64,000 nt of DNA from the NCBI GenBank assembly GCA_030704615.1, contig CM060732.1, positions 69,812,001 through 69,876,000 on the forward strand. The letters run 5' to 3'. The first letter of the stretch is position 1, and every line of letters starts with the position of its first letter. This stretch comes from Takakia lepidozioides (lineage: Eukaryota > Plantae > Bryophyta). The notes under the pieces were generated by a model. The model had not been told where the DNA came from. It ran no database searches and worked only from the letters and a program-made list of their open reading frames with translations. Below, in pieces: positions 25,561-37,992 of this stretch. The position numbers and the translations under genes were made by a program.

Positions 25561-27224
25561 TGGATGTTCTGGAGGTGCTGTACGGAAGGAGAGGAAGAGC
25601 AGACAATGTGGTAGCTAGCAGCAGCAGGAGCATGGCATTTCAACATCATAATAGCAGCAAGGACGAAGGTGGAGCTATGGATGAGCTCTTGGCAAATGCT
25701 GGGTACAGTGTGCAGGCTTCAGAACTGGCGCATGTGGCGCAAAGGCTGGGTGCGGCACAGGAGGCAGGCTTTGCACACCACTCCTCTGATGCTGTGCATT
25801 ACAACCCCTCGGATCTAGCAGGCTGGATTGAGTGCATGATTGATGAGCTGACAACCCATGCTGGAGGACAGCATCAGAATCCTGCAACTGATCAGCTCCC
25901 CACACCAACCTCCACATACCAGGGTACTTTTATGGACGATTTCACAGGCCTGCCATATACCACTCCACGCTCTGACTCCCATCCCAGTGCGTTGGTCTAT
26001 CACCCTAGTATCTCATCATCTGAGCCCCCCCGGCCCTTGGAGGCTGCCGGAGGCAGCAAGGCAGTCTCTGCTGCAGAGCATGCAGGGGAGCAGGAAAGTA
26101 GTGGAGTGCGGTTGGTGCACTTGTTGCTGGCATGTGCAGAGGCGGTGCAGCGTGGTGACCACGCCATGGCTGAAGACACAGTGCGCCGCATCCAGCTGCT
26201 GGCCTCACCCCAGGGAGGGCCTATGGGCAAGGTGGCTGCTCACTTTGTGGAAGCACTTGCACGCCGAATATATGGTGTCGCCTCCCAGGATAGCAGCATC
26301 TCCATGAACCAAACTGACTCCCTCTCTGAATTGCTTCACTTCCACTTCTATGAGACGTGCCCCTATCTCAAATTTGCTCATTTTACTGCCAATCAGGCGA
26401 TCTTGGAGGCCTTCGAAGGCGAGAAGCAGGTGCATGTGATAGACTTCAATCTGATGCATGGTTTGCAATGGCCTGCACTTATACAAGCCCTGGCACTTAG
26501 GCCAGGAGGCCCACCTTTGCTGCGCTTAACAGGTATTGGCCCCCCCCAGCCAGGAGGCAATGATGTGCTGCAAGAGATTGGCATGAAGCTGGCACAGTTG
26601 GCAGAGTCAGTGAATGTGGAGTTCAATTTTCGGGGGGTGGTGGCCCTGAAGCTGGATGATGTGAAGCCGTGGATGCTGCAGGTGCGCCAGGGTGAAGCTG
26701 TGGCTGTCAATTCAGTGCTGCAGTTGCACCGATTGCTCTACTCTGATGGCCCTATGCCTGCAATTGATGAGGTGCTGCAATCAGTGCGCAGCCTGAACCC
26801 CAAGATTCTGACCATCGTGGAACACGAGGCCAATCACAACACACCAGTGTTTCTGGACAGATTCATGGAGGCGCTGCATTATTACTCCACCATGTTTGAT
26901 TCCTTGGAGGCCTGCAATCTACCACCTCAAAGCAGTGAGCAAATGTTGGCAGAGATGTATCTTGGGAAGGAGATTTGCAACATAGTTGCCTGTGAAGGTG
27001 TCGAAAGGGTAGAACGCCATGAAACCCTTGCACAATGGCGGCAGCGCATGGTCAAAGCTGGCTTCCAGCCCCTCAATTTGGGCTTGAATGCATTCAAGCA
27101 GGCCAGCATGCTTCTCACCCTGTTTTCAGGAGAGGGATACCGAGTGGAAGAAAACAGTGGCTGCCTCACTTTGGGTTGGCACAGTCGCCCTCTCATTGCT
27201 GCCTCAGCCTGGAAATGTGTGTAA
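25560..27224 (+). CDS. DELLA: DELLA protein (GRAS family), intronless, up to 554 aa; alternative start at 25632 (MAFQHH)
   Basis: N-terminal MDELLANAGYSV and DAVHYNPSDLAGWIECMIDEL. GRAS domain: GVRLVHLLLACAEAV, FYETCPYLKFAHFTANQAILEAF, VHVIDF, QWPALIQALALRPGGPP, RFMEALHYYSTMFDSL, RVERHETL, LGWHSRPLIAASAW. Confidence 0.97.
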   Translation: MDVLEVLYGRRGRADNVVASSSRSMAFQHHNSSKDEGGAMDELLANAGYSVQASELAHVAQRLGAAQEAGFAHHSSDAVHYNPSDLAGWIECMIDELTTHAGGQHQNPATDQLPTPTSTYQGTFMDDFTGLPYTTPRSDSHPSALVYHPSISSSEPPRPLEAAGGSKAVSAAEHAGEQESSGVRLVHLLLACAEAVQRGDHAMAEDTVRRIQLLASPQGGPMGKVAAHFVEALARRIYGVASQDSSISMNQTDSLSELLHFHFYETCPYLKFAHFTANQAILEAFEGEKQVHVIDFNLMHGLQWPALIQALALRPGGPPLLRLTGIGPPQPGGNDVLQEIGMKLAQLAESVNVEFNFRGVVALKLDDVKPWMLQVRQGEAVAVNSVLQLHRLLYSDGPMPAIDEVLQSVRSLNPKILTIVEHEANHNTPVFLDRFMEALHYYSTMFDSLEACNLPPQSSEQMLAEMYLGKEICNIVACEGVERVERHETLAQWRQRMVKAGFQPLNLGLNAFKQASMLLTLFSGEGYRVEENSGCLTLGWHSRPLIAASAWKCV

Positions 27225-30155
27225 TGTCTTTGCCCACCCCCACGTTCTTTAACTGTACTTTTATGATGGGACTCAAGTGCTAGATGGATGGCTTCTAGAC
27301 ATGATTTATGCGCTGGGGGATGTTCTATAGAGCCCAAGGTGATATTTATCTTGGAATAGGGTAGAGAGCAACATGTGAGTTCTCTCTTACAAAGGCCACA
27401 GTGCAGAACAGCCAGCTTCTTAGTGGTTGGTGTGGCTCCTCTGGCATCATAGAGGCTGGACTTCTGAATGATGAATCTGCAAGCCCTACCTGTAGTATCT
27501 GCTGGATAAAGGCACCAAAAACACATGCTGTGAGTACTGAAGATGTGCCCAGTGACACGGATCAACCTTAGCCATGTTTCAATATACCCCGGTTCTGGGT
27601 TGATGATCACCATCCCCTGACATGTATTTTACCAATACCAGGTCTACATCCATGTGGGCTGTTGCCACCATTCGTTCAATGAAACCAATAATGGAAACTT
27701 ATTAGTCTCTTGAATTACTGTGGGTCTTATGTTCTTGCCCATGTTGGGCATGGCTGTAAGAGCATGAGATGATTCGTTATGCACCATTACTAGATTCTAA
27801 GTCATTCGCTGTCGTCCATGAAGTCATTTCAAACACACCAGAAGTTCCATGGAGTTGGCTGCTCGAGATGGAGAACGAACTCGGGCTCCTTTCTCAGACA
27901 CCCAGTAACTATCCCACAAGGGCAAGCTAATCAACAAAGACAGTGGGGTTCAGTGACAAAGTTCAGCTAGCTGACCCTGTCTGATTTGAGAAAGAGACTA
28001 ATTCCGAAGAGAGAGAACACGAAACTAACGCCATGATGAACTAATAAGAAGGATAGCTCAGGAACAGATGGGAAAAAGCCAGAAGAGAGACAGCAGGTGA
28101 GCTGCCACAGGGGGAGTGGGGTCATTGAAGTCCTCAGCAAACTTGTCAGCGCCTGTGCAAGTGAAAATGGAGACAAAAAAAACACATATGAGCCGATATA
28201 GAGCCACGGTGAGACAACGGCTCAGCTCTTTGAACTTCCCATTTTTGTGGGTATTATGGTGAGTTTTGATACACCGTTATAAGATCACAATCCAAATTAT
28301 AGGGGACATAGAATGTATTTATATTCTTATTGGCTCCTCTTTATTCTCAAGAAGAGACTACTCATCAGTGTCAAAAATCGCTGAGTCCCTGTTGTGCCTT
28401 CCCTTCATGTCACCTCCTCTCATTTGCATGATGTGCCTTCTCCAGGTAACACCTCCTTCAGGTAATATCTATGTTATTGAACAAATACATGGATAATTTT
28501 TTAAGTTTATTATAGATGAAAATAGATTTCACTACTCATAAGGAGGAGCCACTTCCCGTTGGTTGGCTCCTCTCTAAAGATGAGAGTCGAGACAACATAT
28601 TAGTGTCAATAAATGATAAGTCCATGGTGCCTGGGTGTGTCCCCACATAAAACCTACAATGAATGCACCTCCCTTTATATAAAGTCTTTATCAAATTCCC
28701 TTGATTATTTATATTTACATATTTTCATTGCAATCATATTCAATTTTAAACGTAAGTTCAAAAGCTTTAATTTAAAAAAAAAAAACGTATATATTGTCTT
28801 TCTCTCTTGAATTGGTTACTTTCAACATTTTTAATTGATAGATGTATTGTTGTTCTATTGGAGAGTCAATCCCAAGACTAATTTCTTTGTTCGCCAAAAC
28901 ACAAGTATGGGCTGGTGCATTAGTATCCACGTTTTTTCCACTTTCCAAAATCTCAAGCATTTATCAGATCTCAGGTCCCTTCAGATACCTTCAGATCCAT
29001 CAAGTTACATATATCTTCTGTTGTTTTATTACCTACTAAGACTAAGAGTCTAAAATTATCATCCTCAGCTTCAAAACAGTCCGTTTTGCAGTGGAAACTG
29101 CATATTGTCAATATGATTATACTAGTGGACATTGACTTTGTCACCCCACATGTTTGTTTGGTGTGTCAAGCAAATGCTCTGAAGTCCATTGAGCATTGCC
29201 TAAATTATGATTGTTGTTTTGCATGTTTCATATAAGATAATCTGATTTGTCTTTTTTATGTCGCTTGGAAGGTGGTATACGCTACTAGCATAGAGCTGCA
29301 TATGCTTAACTTGCTTCCCGGAGTTTTTGTGGTGTTTGGATTTGGCAAAGAGCTCTAGCTCTCTAGCACTTATAGAAAAGTTAGTATAAACGTATCTAAT
29401 CCAATACTAAATCCACGGCTTGGTTTTTGGAGAGGGATAAAATATGGGATATGTGATTTGCATCTATTAGATTAGATGGTCTGAAAACAAACGATTGATT
29501 ATTTTCACGATTCGACTCCTCGTAGGATCGATGCAACATCCTCTACATTTGACATTCCGATTCGCGCGCAGTCCGGTCCTCCAACTTTCTCAGTTACTGG
29601 AGGCTCTCCTAATTTGTGGAACTCTTCTACACAACCTGACGACAAAGTAAACTGGAGGCCTGAGTATCACAGAAATATGAACTCAAAATTGAAGAACGCA
29701 TTTGAATTGAGTCTGTCGTGTCACAACCCACGTCACTGTCTTACCACATACCATCCTAGAAAGCCATGCCACAATGATAGAGGGACTAGGACACTTGGTG
29801 TTGGAATGACTGATATATGAGGCCATGTGTAGAAGACATCATACAAGAAGATTGTGAGGCCCTCTTTCTAGAGCTTTCTAGAGAAGTAGGATGAGGCGGT
29901 GGCCCCGTTTAGAAGGCTCCACCACAACTTGAGAGATTATATGAAGGAGGGTGAGGCCAACCTTCTACAATGCTTCTTCGCCTCGACCTTATTTTGGTGG
30001 GCTCTGAAAGGAAGGCCACCTTTAAAATGTAAATTGGAACTTCCATCTTCAAATGGATGGACATCACATCTATTTGAGTGTAAGGAGAGTCCCAGTGGCT
30101 TTTTCTTTTTCGTCCTTTGAAGCTCAAAAAATAGTTTCATTGTCCAATTTTTATT

Positions 30156-30922
30156 GGCAAGGACGACGCTTACCTACGAGTCTAAGGCAAGCGTGTGAGG
30201 TGGTGGGGGCCGTTGGCTTGAGCAGGGAGGCTCCAGCAGACTACCTGTCAAATGTCTTCCCCCATTGTGAAGGTGGAGAGCGCTCCACACCTCCCGTTCC
30301 CTCCTCACACTCTCCACCTTTAGGACCATGTTCCCCAACATTCTCCAATTTTGCTCCCCTGTTCCCGGTCCAAGATCCTTGCTCCCCATAGTGGGACAGG
30401 GGAGTGGGGACCACGAACAGGGAGCGAGCCGCATTCCACAGGTCGAGTAGGGGAGTGGGGTGGGAACCGGGAGCGAGGAGGGGAGTGAGATCAGGAACAG
30501 GGGAGCGAGGTCAGGAACCGGGGGTGAGGTACGGGGAACAAGGAGGGGACAGAGGGGACAGAGGAAGATCTTGGACTTAGGATTATTTGGAGATGAAAAA
30601 GAATTTTAATCAGCCCATGTGCAACCTATCATTCACCGTGACTATATTGCCATGATTTTAACCTCAGACCTCATCTTTGCATCACATGTCACCTAGCCAC
30701 CACACTACCATCCGCTTCTTGCACCACCCTTGCCTAATGCTTTAATCTACAAATACAGGCAGGCTTGCAGGTGAGAAGGGAGCAAAAGGGGGGGGGGATT
30801 TGGGGGGCGGGGATTTGACAGTGCGCTGGGCAGGAACGTCGCCGGTACGGCCATCCCCAAGGACCGTACCTGCAAGGCTCCCACGCTTGCATTCAACTCG
30901 TGGGGTAAGCGTAGTCTTCTCC
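30156..30922. mobile_element. Mutator-type MITE (~767 bp) with ~45-bp TIRs and a 9-bp TSD
   Basis: Left end GGCAAGGACGACGCTTACCTACGAGTCTAAGGCAAGCGTGTGAG versus reverse-complemented right end GGAGAAGACTACGCTTACCCCACGAGTTGAATGCAAGCGTGGGAG. Flanks are ATTTTTATT / ATTTTGATT (8 of 9 match). Confidence 0.85.
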
Positions 30923-32560
30923 ATTTTGATTTCCAGATGGATATCTTATGCAAAGAAGTAAGTGTAATATTGAGCACAAATTTAAAATAGTTTCACAATT
31001 TCTAGTGTGAGTGCATCTTCATTTGCCATGTTTCTGCATATTCTTAGAATATGTGGAATATCTTCTTTTGCTTAAGAAAATCTCGAAATAGACTTGTTTG
31101 TAGCCAGAACTTTATTATAAGTAAAATATTTTCCAAAATGGATTCATTTTTACTTCAGCTCAAAGGGTCTCCAAGGCAAGTTTGTTGAATGTTGAGTTCA
31201 TCTTTACTAAGTTATAGTTCTTCTGCAGGAGGGCAAGTGTTCGGTGCCTGTCCAGAGCTCTCGGCAATGTGCTCAGAAAAATGACAAATATAGTCGGTTT
31301 TGTTTTTTCTCTTAGCTTTTTATTTGGAATTGTTGGGTTTGTTTTTCTAAAATATTTGAAACAGTGGACAGAGGCCCTGAAGGAGTCGGGGTTTCCATGT
31401 CACCAAAGTACTTTCTTGCTTCACTTTTATTAATGATAAAATAATGTTCTCCAAGCCAGTGACGATCTGCTGGACGAATGTATTCTTCATCCTAATCAAA
31501 TCCTTCATCTGTCCAACAGAGCCGTGCTGCATACTGTGTAGATATACATATACATATAGGCTATATATGACGCCAGCCAGAGCTAGCGTGAATAAGAGTC
31601 TCTTCCCCTTGTGGGTACCTTGTAGGTATGTACAATGTACTGCCAGCCTGAGTTGGGCCAAACATTATGGGATACATCTGTCTGGCAAATGTTGATGGTA
31701 CGTACTACAGATCAGAGCCCACACACAAATAACACCTTCCAGCCACAACTATAACACCTGCCATCTGCCACCCTTATTACTCTATACATCTGTAGCTCGC
31801 ATAGGCCACATCAGATAACGACTATTTGTTTGTTTATAAAAATGTTATCGTTTATACTTCAGTAGGGAAATCCAGGAGCTCTGCATGCACTTCAGACATC
31901 ATAAGGAGTTCAAAGAACTTCAATCCGTGAAAGATTCTGACGAACACGGGCGAGGCAATGACTCTTCTTGGCTACATCCACCCGGCATGGCAATTTGTCG
32001 GTCCGATCTCCAACGTTTGAGTGCGAGATCAATGGGCGGCATGTCAAATCTTCCACTCTGACCAAATTACATTTTCATGACTACTTGTCGTTTCTAGTGT
32101 GCAATCCAGGCCTTTGGGTTTCTTCTTGGGTTTTTCAGCTGCCTCTTGGCGGTTTCTCTGTCTTTGTGCTTGTCCCAAAGTTTCTGATTTTCTGGGGTGG
32201 GTCTCGCAGGCTGGCTCTTAGCTGTCTGTACTCATCTTCTAGGCTGGGTTTTAGGAGGTTAAATTAATTTTTCCCTTTAATCTTTAGTTTTTTTTTAATA
32301 ATTTTGCAAGGAAGGCCTGTTAAGGAGTGACACCATTCCCTTCTTTTTCTTTTCTTTCAAAAGGAAACCTGGGAGCAAGGTGCCGCCCTTCCTTGAGAAG
32401 GGGAAAACATAACACCCCAGAGTACGTCTGCTAAATTGGGATTCCGCCCCCTTTTCTTCAAGAACGAGGCGTGAGATACAGGGAGGCCCTGCCAATGTTT
32501 TATTTGATATGAAGTTTTATGGAATTATGTTATGGCTAATAATAATGTATCTTATGGGGA

Positions 32561-32735
32561 CGGGCTCTCTTGCTTTGGCAAAACATAAGAAAAAGGTGAG
32601 AGTGAGGGGGGCATGACTCAGCATAACACACCAATCGGAGTCGGAGCCTTGACACACTATAAGGTCCTTTGACCACATTTCCTCCATTGACTTGAACATG
32701 TTGCAAACTCTCTCTCTCTACAAGAAAGCCAATAA
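32561..32735 (+). repeat. Dispersed repeat, copy 1 (copy 2 at about 37993-38255)
   Basis: CGGGCTCT.TTGCTTTGGCA.AACATAAGA..AAGGT.AGA....G.GCATGACT.AGCA and GACTT.AACATG.TGC...CTCTCTCTACAAGA are shared. Confidence 0.8.
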
Positions 32736-35682
32736 AGAAATTAGTGTAACATGTGCCCAACTGGGAACTAAAAACTTTCATGTTCCCATTAAGTCTCATG
32801 GGATCAACCCATGATATAAGGTTAAAGGTCACTTTGGCCAACTTGATGCGTAGTCCCTACCCTGTGGGGCAGGGCCAGCAAAAAACAAAAAACAAACAGA
32901 GCACATCAGGGATGTAGGTAAGTACAGAGCCCAATGAGTTGAGGGTAAGAGACAATGGTTTGCTTAACCCTTAAGCGCCCACCAGGCCCAAAATAGGCTT
33001 TTAGGTTTACTTAATTGTGAATAACTTTTGCAGCCCTAGACAGAAGAAACCTAAATTTTGGAGGCTTGCAAGACAAAAGCAACCAAGAAGAGCCCAGACA
33101 CCAAGATGCCAGCATGCAACCAGCCCTAACACCATAAAATAGCAAAGAAGACATTTTGAGCTAGATGTAAACATTCAAGGCTTGCTTGCATCTCTGCGGC
33201 TCCAAATTCAGATGCGCCTTGGTCTTCATGTATTTGTTCTTCCAATGCCTCCATTTATGTTGGCATCTCACAATCTCCCTGCCAGGAGAAGCCAACTATA
33301 AGGGTGATTCTCCAGGTGGTCTTCAGCTTCGGCTCTTTCATTTCATGAGCCATGGCCATGAGGCATACAAGACTGAAAAGTTAACAAATACCACACACAC
33401 CCATGAGGGTAACAGGATTTGAGTCCAACATCATCTGGGTGGCACATAGTACACTTTCCAACCGAGTCACCAATTTGTTTTTTCTTTTAACAGGCAGAAC
33501 CATTTAGTTTTTATATAGGAAAGAGTTCTTGGTCAGGGGGGTGGTATCCCCGCTGTAAGCCTTCACCGCCCCTAGTGGTTATTTTTTCCACTTTTTCTTA
33601 ATATATATCCAGCCCCTGTTCCTTTTTTTGTTTTAAAGGGAAGGAATAAACCCCAAAAAGGCCATGAGGCAAAATACACACCCAGGTGATGGTCGAGCCC
33701 AGGCGTGAACCGGCAGTATCAACTGAGGGCGATTCTAGACTAGCGACCGGACAAACAACTAAACTCTCGCATTGGTTGAAAATTGGGTCTTGTCCACTTT
33801 CGGACATGGCCTTGTCCAACGCCCCAACATGCCCTATCATAGCTCTATATTTGCCACCTCAGTGGACAAAGCATAACAAACTCGGGGCCATGGTAGTAGC
33901 AGCCCCAAATATTCTCCGGTGGACAAAACCGATTGAAGCCTCTCCACGGCTCTCTCTGCCCCTTTATTATTGCTCCATCTCCTCCCACCTTGCTCTATAG
34001 CAGCCCCTCCTCTCTACTGGGAAGCCATGAATCATGAAAACTTATTTTCAACAGGTGCATGACATATTTGCAAATCAATTTTCTCAAAGCCAACTGTTGC
34101 AAGGAGAGCTGTTTCCAAAGCCTCGATGACTATGGGTGCGCAAACAAAGAAAAAGACAGGGATACACACAATTTGATTTTGTCCACTCGCACCAGTAGCC
34201 ACTGGACAAGCCTAGCAGCCCTTTTAAAAATTAATAATAATAATAATAATAAAGGGAACCTTTTCAAACCCAAAAGCGCACTGATAGTGAAAAAACCCTT
34301 CAATTAATATCATCTGAAAAGGTTTTTAAGAAAAACCAATTTGGCAGGTAATGTAATGTTGACCGGGAACCCAGGTATCCGGGCCGCCAACTGTCACATA
34401 CGGCTGCAGTAAAGAGTGCGGACCGGCTACCACCGATTGCTTATCAGGTACTTTACTGACCAATAGCGTATGAAGAGCCCCCCAACTTATCAGCCCATAG
34501 TATCGCCACAGATCGCCTTGCCCATTGGCTGCAGAGTACATAGATGTAAATATAGCCGGGAAGTTAGCCAAGTAAAGAACGTGGCGCTAATAACTCGACG
34601 GGACATGTCCCCTTGCCTAACTTTGGGCGCACTCTGACCGACCTCCTTTATGGGTAGTTGGATGAACCCCGTTTCCCATCCATCTGGTGACCTGATATCG
34701 GCGGTCATGTTTGACCGGGGCAGGCAGGGTGGCATCTATAAAGGGTGGCGGGGGCGCCAGGCTGTCGTGCAGTTGCAGTGGGGTGGTGAGATGCGAGGGT
34801 TGCCTCTTTGGCGGAATCTGGTGCGGCTGGAGCACGGCTGTGGCGCTGTCATTCGTGGACGCCTTGCGTCTGTTGCCACATATTATAGTATGTGTGCGAG
34901 TCTGAGTTGGATTCTCTCTGTGTCTCGCACTTGCAAGTACACCGACCAGTAGTGGGGCGGTGATGCTTAGCTGTTCATCTCTCTGATATATTGAACCACT
35001 GCAGTCCATCGTTGTAGGGCGCATTCGTCTCTCAGGTTTCTGCTGATCGGTGATGCTCAGTTGTTGGATCGTGTAAATTGGATCCACCGTTGTAGCGTGC
35101 ATCCGTCGTTTTTGGTGATCGATGATACTTTCTTCCTTGTAGCATTGTAGTCGTTTACTGGATCGATACAGTGTCAGCCAGTGTAGTCACTATTGAAGTG
35201 TGCATTTGGTTCTCGGGAGTTTTGTGCGTCTCCAAGTTTGCTTCCACGAGATTTGTAGGGACTCTGACTGGTGGAAGTGTATTTATTGGATTGGAGTGTT
35301 TCAGGGAAGCCTATTAGTTTTCTGGGTTTTCTTTGATTTATTCATGCACACACTCTGTCTCGCACCCTGTCTCTCTTTGGAAACATTTCGACTCGGACGC
35401 ATTGTCTGAGTGGCTGGATCATATCAGTTCAGCACATTGGTCGGTTAGTCAGTTTCCAATCTCTTGATTGCGCTTATTCGAAGAAATATCTGTGTTTTAT
35501 GGCTTATTGTGAGCCAGCATTTTTTAGTACTTAGGAAGCTGGAGGAATTCCAGTAGAGGTACAACCTCGTGATTCGAGGTTTAGATTGCATCTCCTCGAG
35601 CAGCTACCTGGACATCTTGAAGGGATTCAGGGTCTATTCCGAATTTTGAGTTGCGGGCGGTGCTATAATCAGGCTGCCAGAT

Positions 35683-36165
35683 ATGGGTGAGGGCAAGAGC
35701 AAGATGCGGGGACTTTTGAGGAGGTGGCAGAGTTTCGCGCATCCTGAGAGGGCCTACACCTCTTTGGGTTCAAGACTAAGGAAAACACGGAGCAATGCCT
35801 GGCAGTATGAATCAGAAACCGAGGAGGAGAGAGGTTCAGGTTCGAGCCGCTCTGCAACTTCAGTTTCTTCAACAGCATCTACTCAGGACGATCTTGGAAC
35901 CGGGGATGTTCCTGAGGGATTTGTAGCGGTCTACGTGGGGAGAGAGAGGAGGCGGTTTGTGATAGGCGCACATTTCTTGAACCACGAACTGTTCAAAGTC
36001 CTGTTAGCGAAATCCGCAGAAGAGTACGGATTTGAGAATCGAGGAGGACTTACCATCGCTTGCGAGGTAGTGCTTTTCGAGCATTTGCTGTGGGTTTTGG
36101 GGAATGGTGATTCGGCAACGCAGCAGATGGAAGTGGACGAGGTGATCGAGTTCTATGCCCACTAA
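35683..36165 (+). CDS. SAUR: SAUR (small auxin-up RNA) family protein, 160 aa, intronless
   Basis: DVPEGFVAVYVGRERRRFVIGAHFLNHELFKVLLAKSAEEYGFENRGGLTIACEVVLFEHLL is the Auxin_inducible core. Confidence 0.95.
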   Translation: MGEGKSKMRGLLRRWQSFAHPERAYTSLGSRLRKTRSNAWQYESETEEERGSGSSRSATSVSSTASTQDDLGTGDVPEGFVAVYVGRERRRFVIGAHFLNHELFKVLLAKSAEEYGFENRGGLTIACEVVLFEHLLWVLGNGDSATQQMEVDEVIEFYAH

Positions 36166-37992
36166 CATTTACCACTCGTTGTTGAACCCCATGCGGCTCC
36201 ATTTAGAGGGAGATTCGGCATCTGCCCCCGTATCATTTCATTTGTCTTGTGGTTTCAGTCTGCATAATGTGATTTCTCAAGAAAGTGATTTCCTTACGGA
36301 AACCTTGTCATTCGGGCTCAATGTACATGGAAGGCTTCTGGGGTGCGGCTGCTACGAACAAAGGACATCCTGTATTAACATGCAACCCGAGGCCTGCATT
36401 GTTTCTCTTGAGGATTGCGATTTTCTGTTTGCGCGGCTTCCACATGTCCGTACCATCAGGACGGGGCTCCTACGCATGTCCATTTTCAAGGAGGGTGTTC
36501 GAAATTCCTGCTATGTGGTTCTGTCTTGATTAACCAGCTGGATCAGGGAGTGGTGTGACCCGAGCCCCCCCTACAGCTTTCAACTATTCTTATGCCAATC
36601 TGGAGAGTCTTTGAGAACAGGTTGTTCTGACCGGTAACGCGTCCTTCATCTGAAGGAAGAATCCCTACAAAGTGTCCCAACAATTTTATCGTGGGATCAG
36701 GAAGTCCCGAGCGGTCACCAATCAAGCATGGGACTGTGGGTTGTTGTCCACTCACCAATGATAATCGTGGAATTGTTTTCTGGCTGTTCACCTATCTTGC
36801 GTGTCTCTTTTCTTATTAGGTTTCATCATCTGCGAAAGGTCCGATCGCCCCTCAGCATGTTTTAGGAGCCATCGGTGAAGAGGTGGTCTATTCTTAGGGG
36901 CGGTCTCTGTGTGAGGCCGGCATAGAGAGCTTTCGAAAGCAAGCATGGCGCAAGGTTGCCTTTGAACAGAATGCATACCGAGCAAATGCATACATTCTTG
37001 ATGAACAAACTGTCTGATTTTATTTAAGGAGACTGATTTCCTTTGGGGGAGTTTAGCTCTCTCCCATGGGGTGGAGACAAAACATTCTTTGCCAGGCGCT
37101 TCATTTTGTTGTTTCCCCTTGGCCCAAAGGGTCGGGGAGTTAATATATGTCTGTATTCTAGTGGAGGAAACACCATCTACCTCTGCAAGCCTGATGTGTG
37201 GGATTGACTGATTTTCGCCCTGTTGTATATCCCATTCTTGCAAGTTCCTGAGGCATGATTCTGGCCAACATTTTAGATAAGATTCAGAGCAGCTGCATTT
37301 TTCCTACGCTGGCTGCATGCATGTATTGTACATGTTCGTCAGCCACCCTTTGCCCTCCACTCTTTCTGTGACTGGAATTAGACTAGGGATAATCACAATG
37401 TTTCACAATGTCTGGAAGCATGGTGTAGGAGAGTATGAAAGGACGCATAGGGTGTTGTCCATTTGATTCTTGACGCTTTTCAACATTTGAAACTTGGTGA
37501 GGATGTTTTGTTTTGTTGCTTCCACGAATCTCCAGCATTGTGAGAGTGTGCTTTGTCTTCTCCCATGTAGTAGCCTGTAGCATCTGCATTTCTCTCCAAA
37601 TCTCTGATTTTTTGACTTGGACGCTGCCAGCCCTGGGCACTTTGGGTTTCTCTGATATGGGTGATCTTGGTTGAGCAAACTACAAGGGTGGCAGTTCTCT
37701 GTTTGAGCTGAAATGATTGAACTCCAAAAGCCCTGTGATAGTAAGTAATGCTTTGTTGGAATGTGCATACTGCATACAACTTTCGCTTGAGCTGGTCTGA
37801 CAGTAAATTACTACAGTTTGCAATACTCTAAACAAGCTGGGCAAGCTTTGCTGGCACAAATAACCTGATTTCATTGGACCCTGTTTCTCTTGCGGTACTG
37901 TTACGTAGATTCTTCTCCGATTAGCTCCTTCATAATTACCAGCCCCAATGTAAGTCCCACGCTTCACCTACTAAACAAGCCTCAAACGGCAA

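Noticed and set aside
26927-27613. 228-aa antisense ORF overlapping the DELLA 3' end
   Set aside because: No recognisable motifs. It is likely a shadow ORF.
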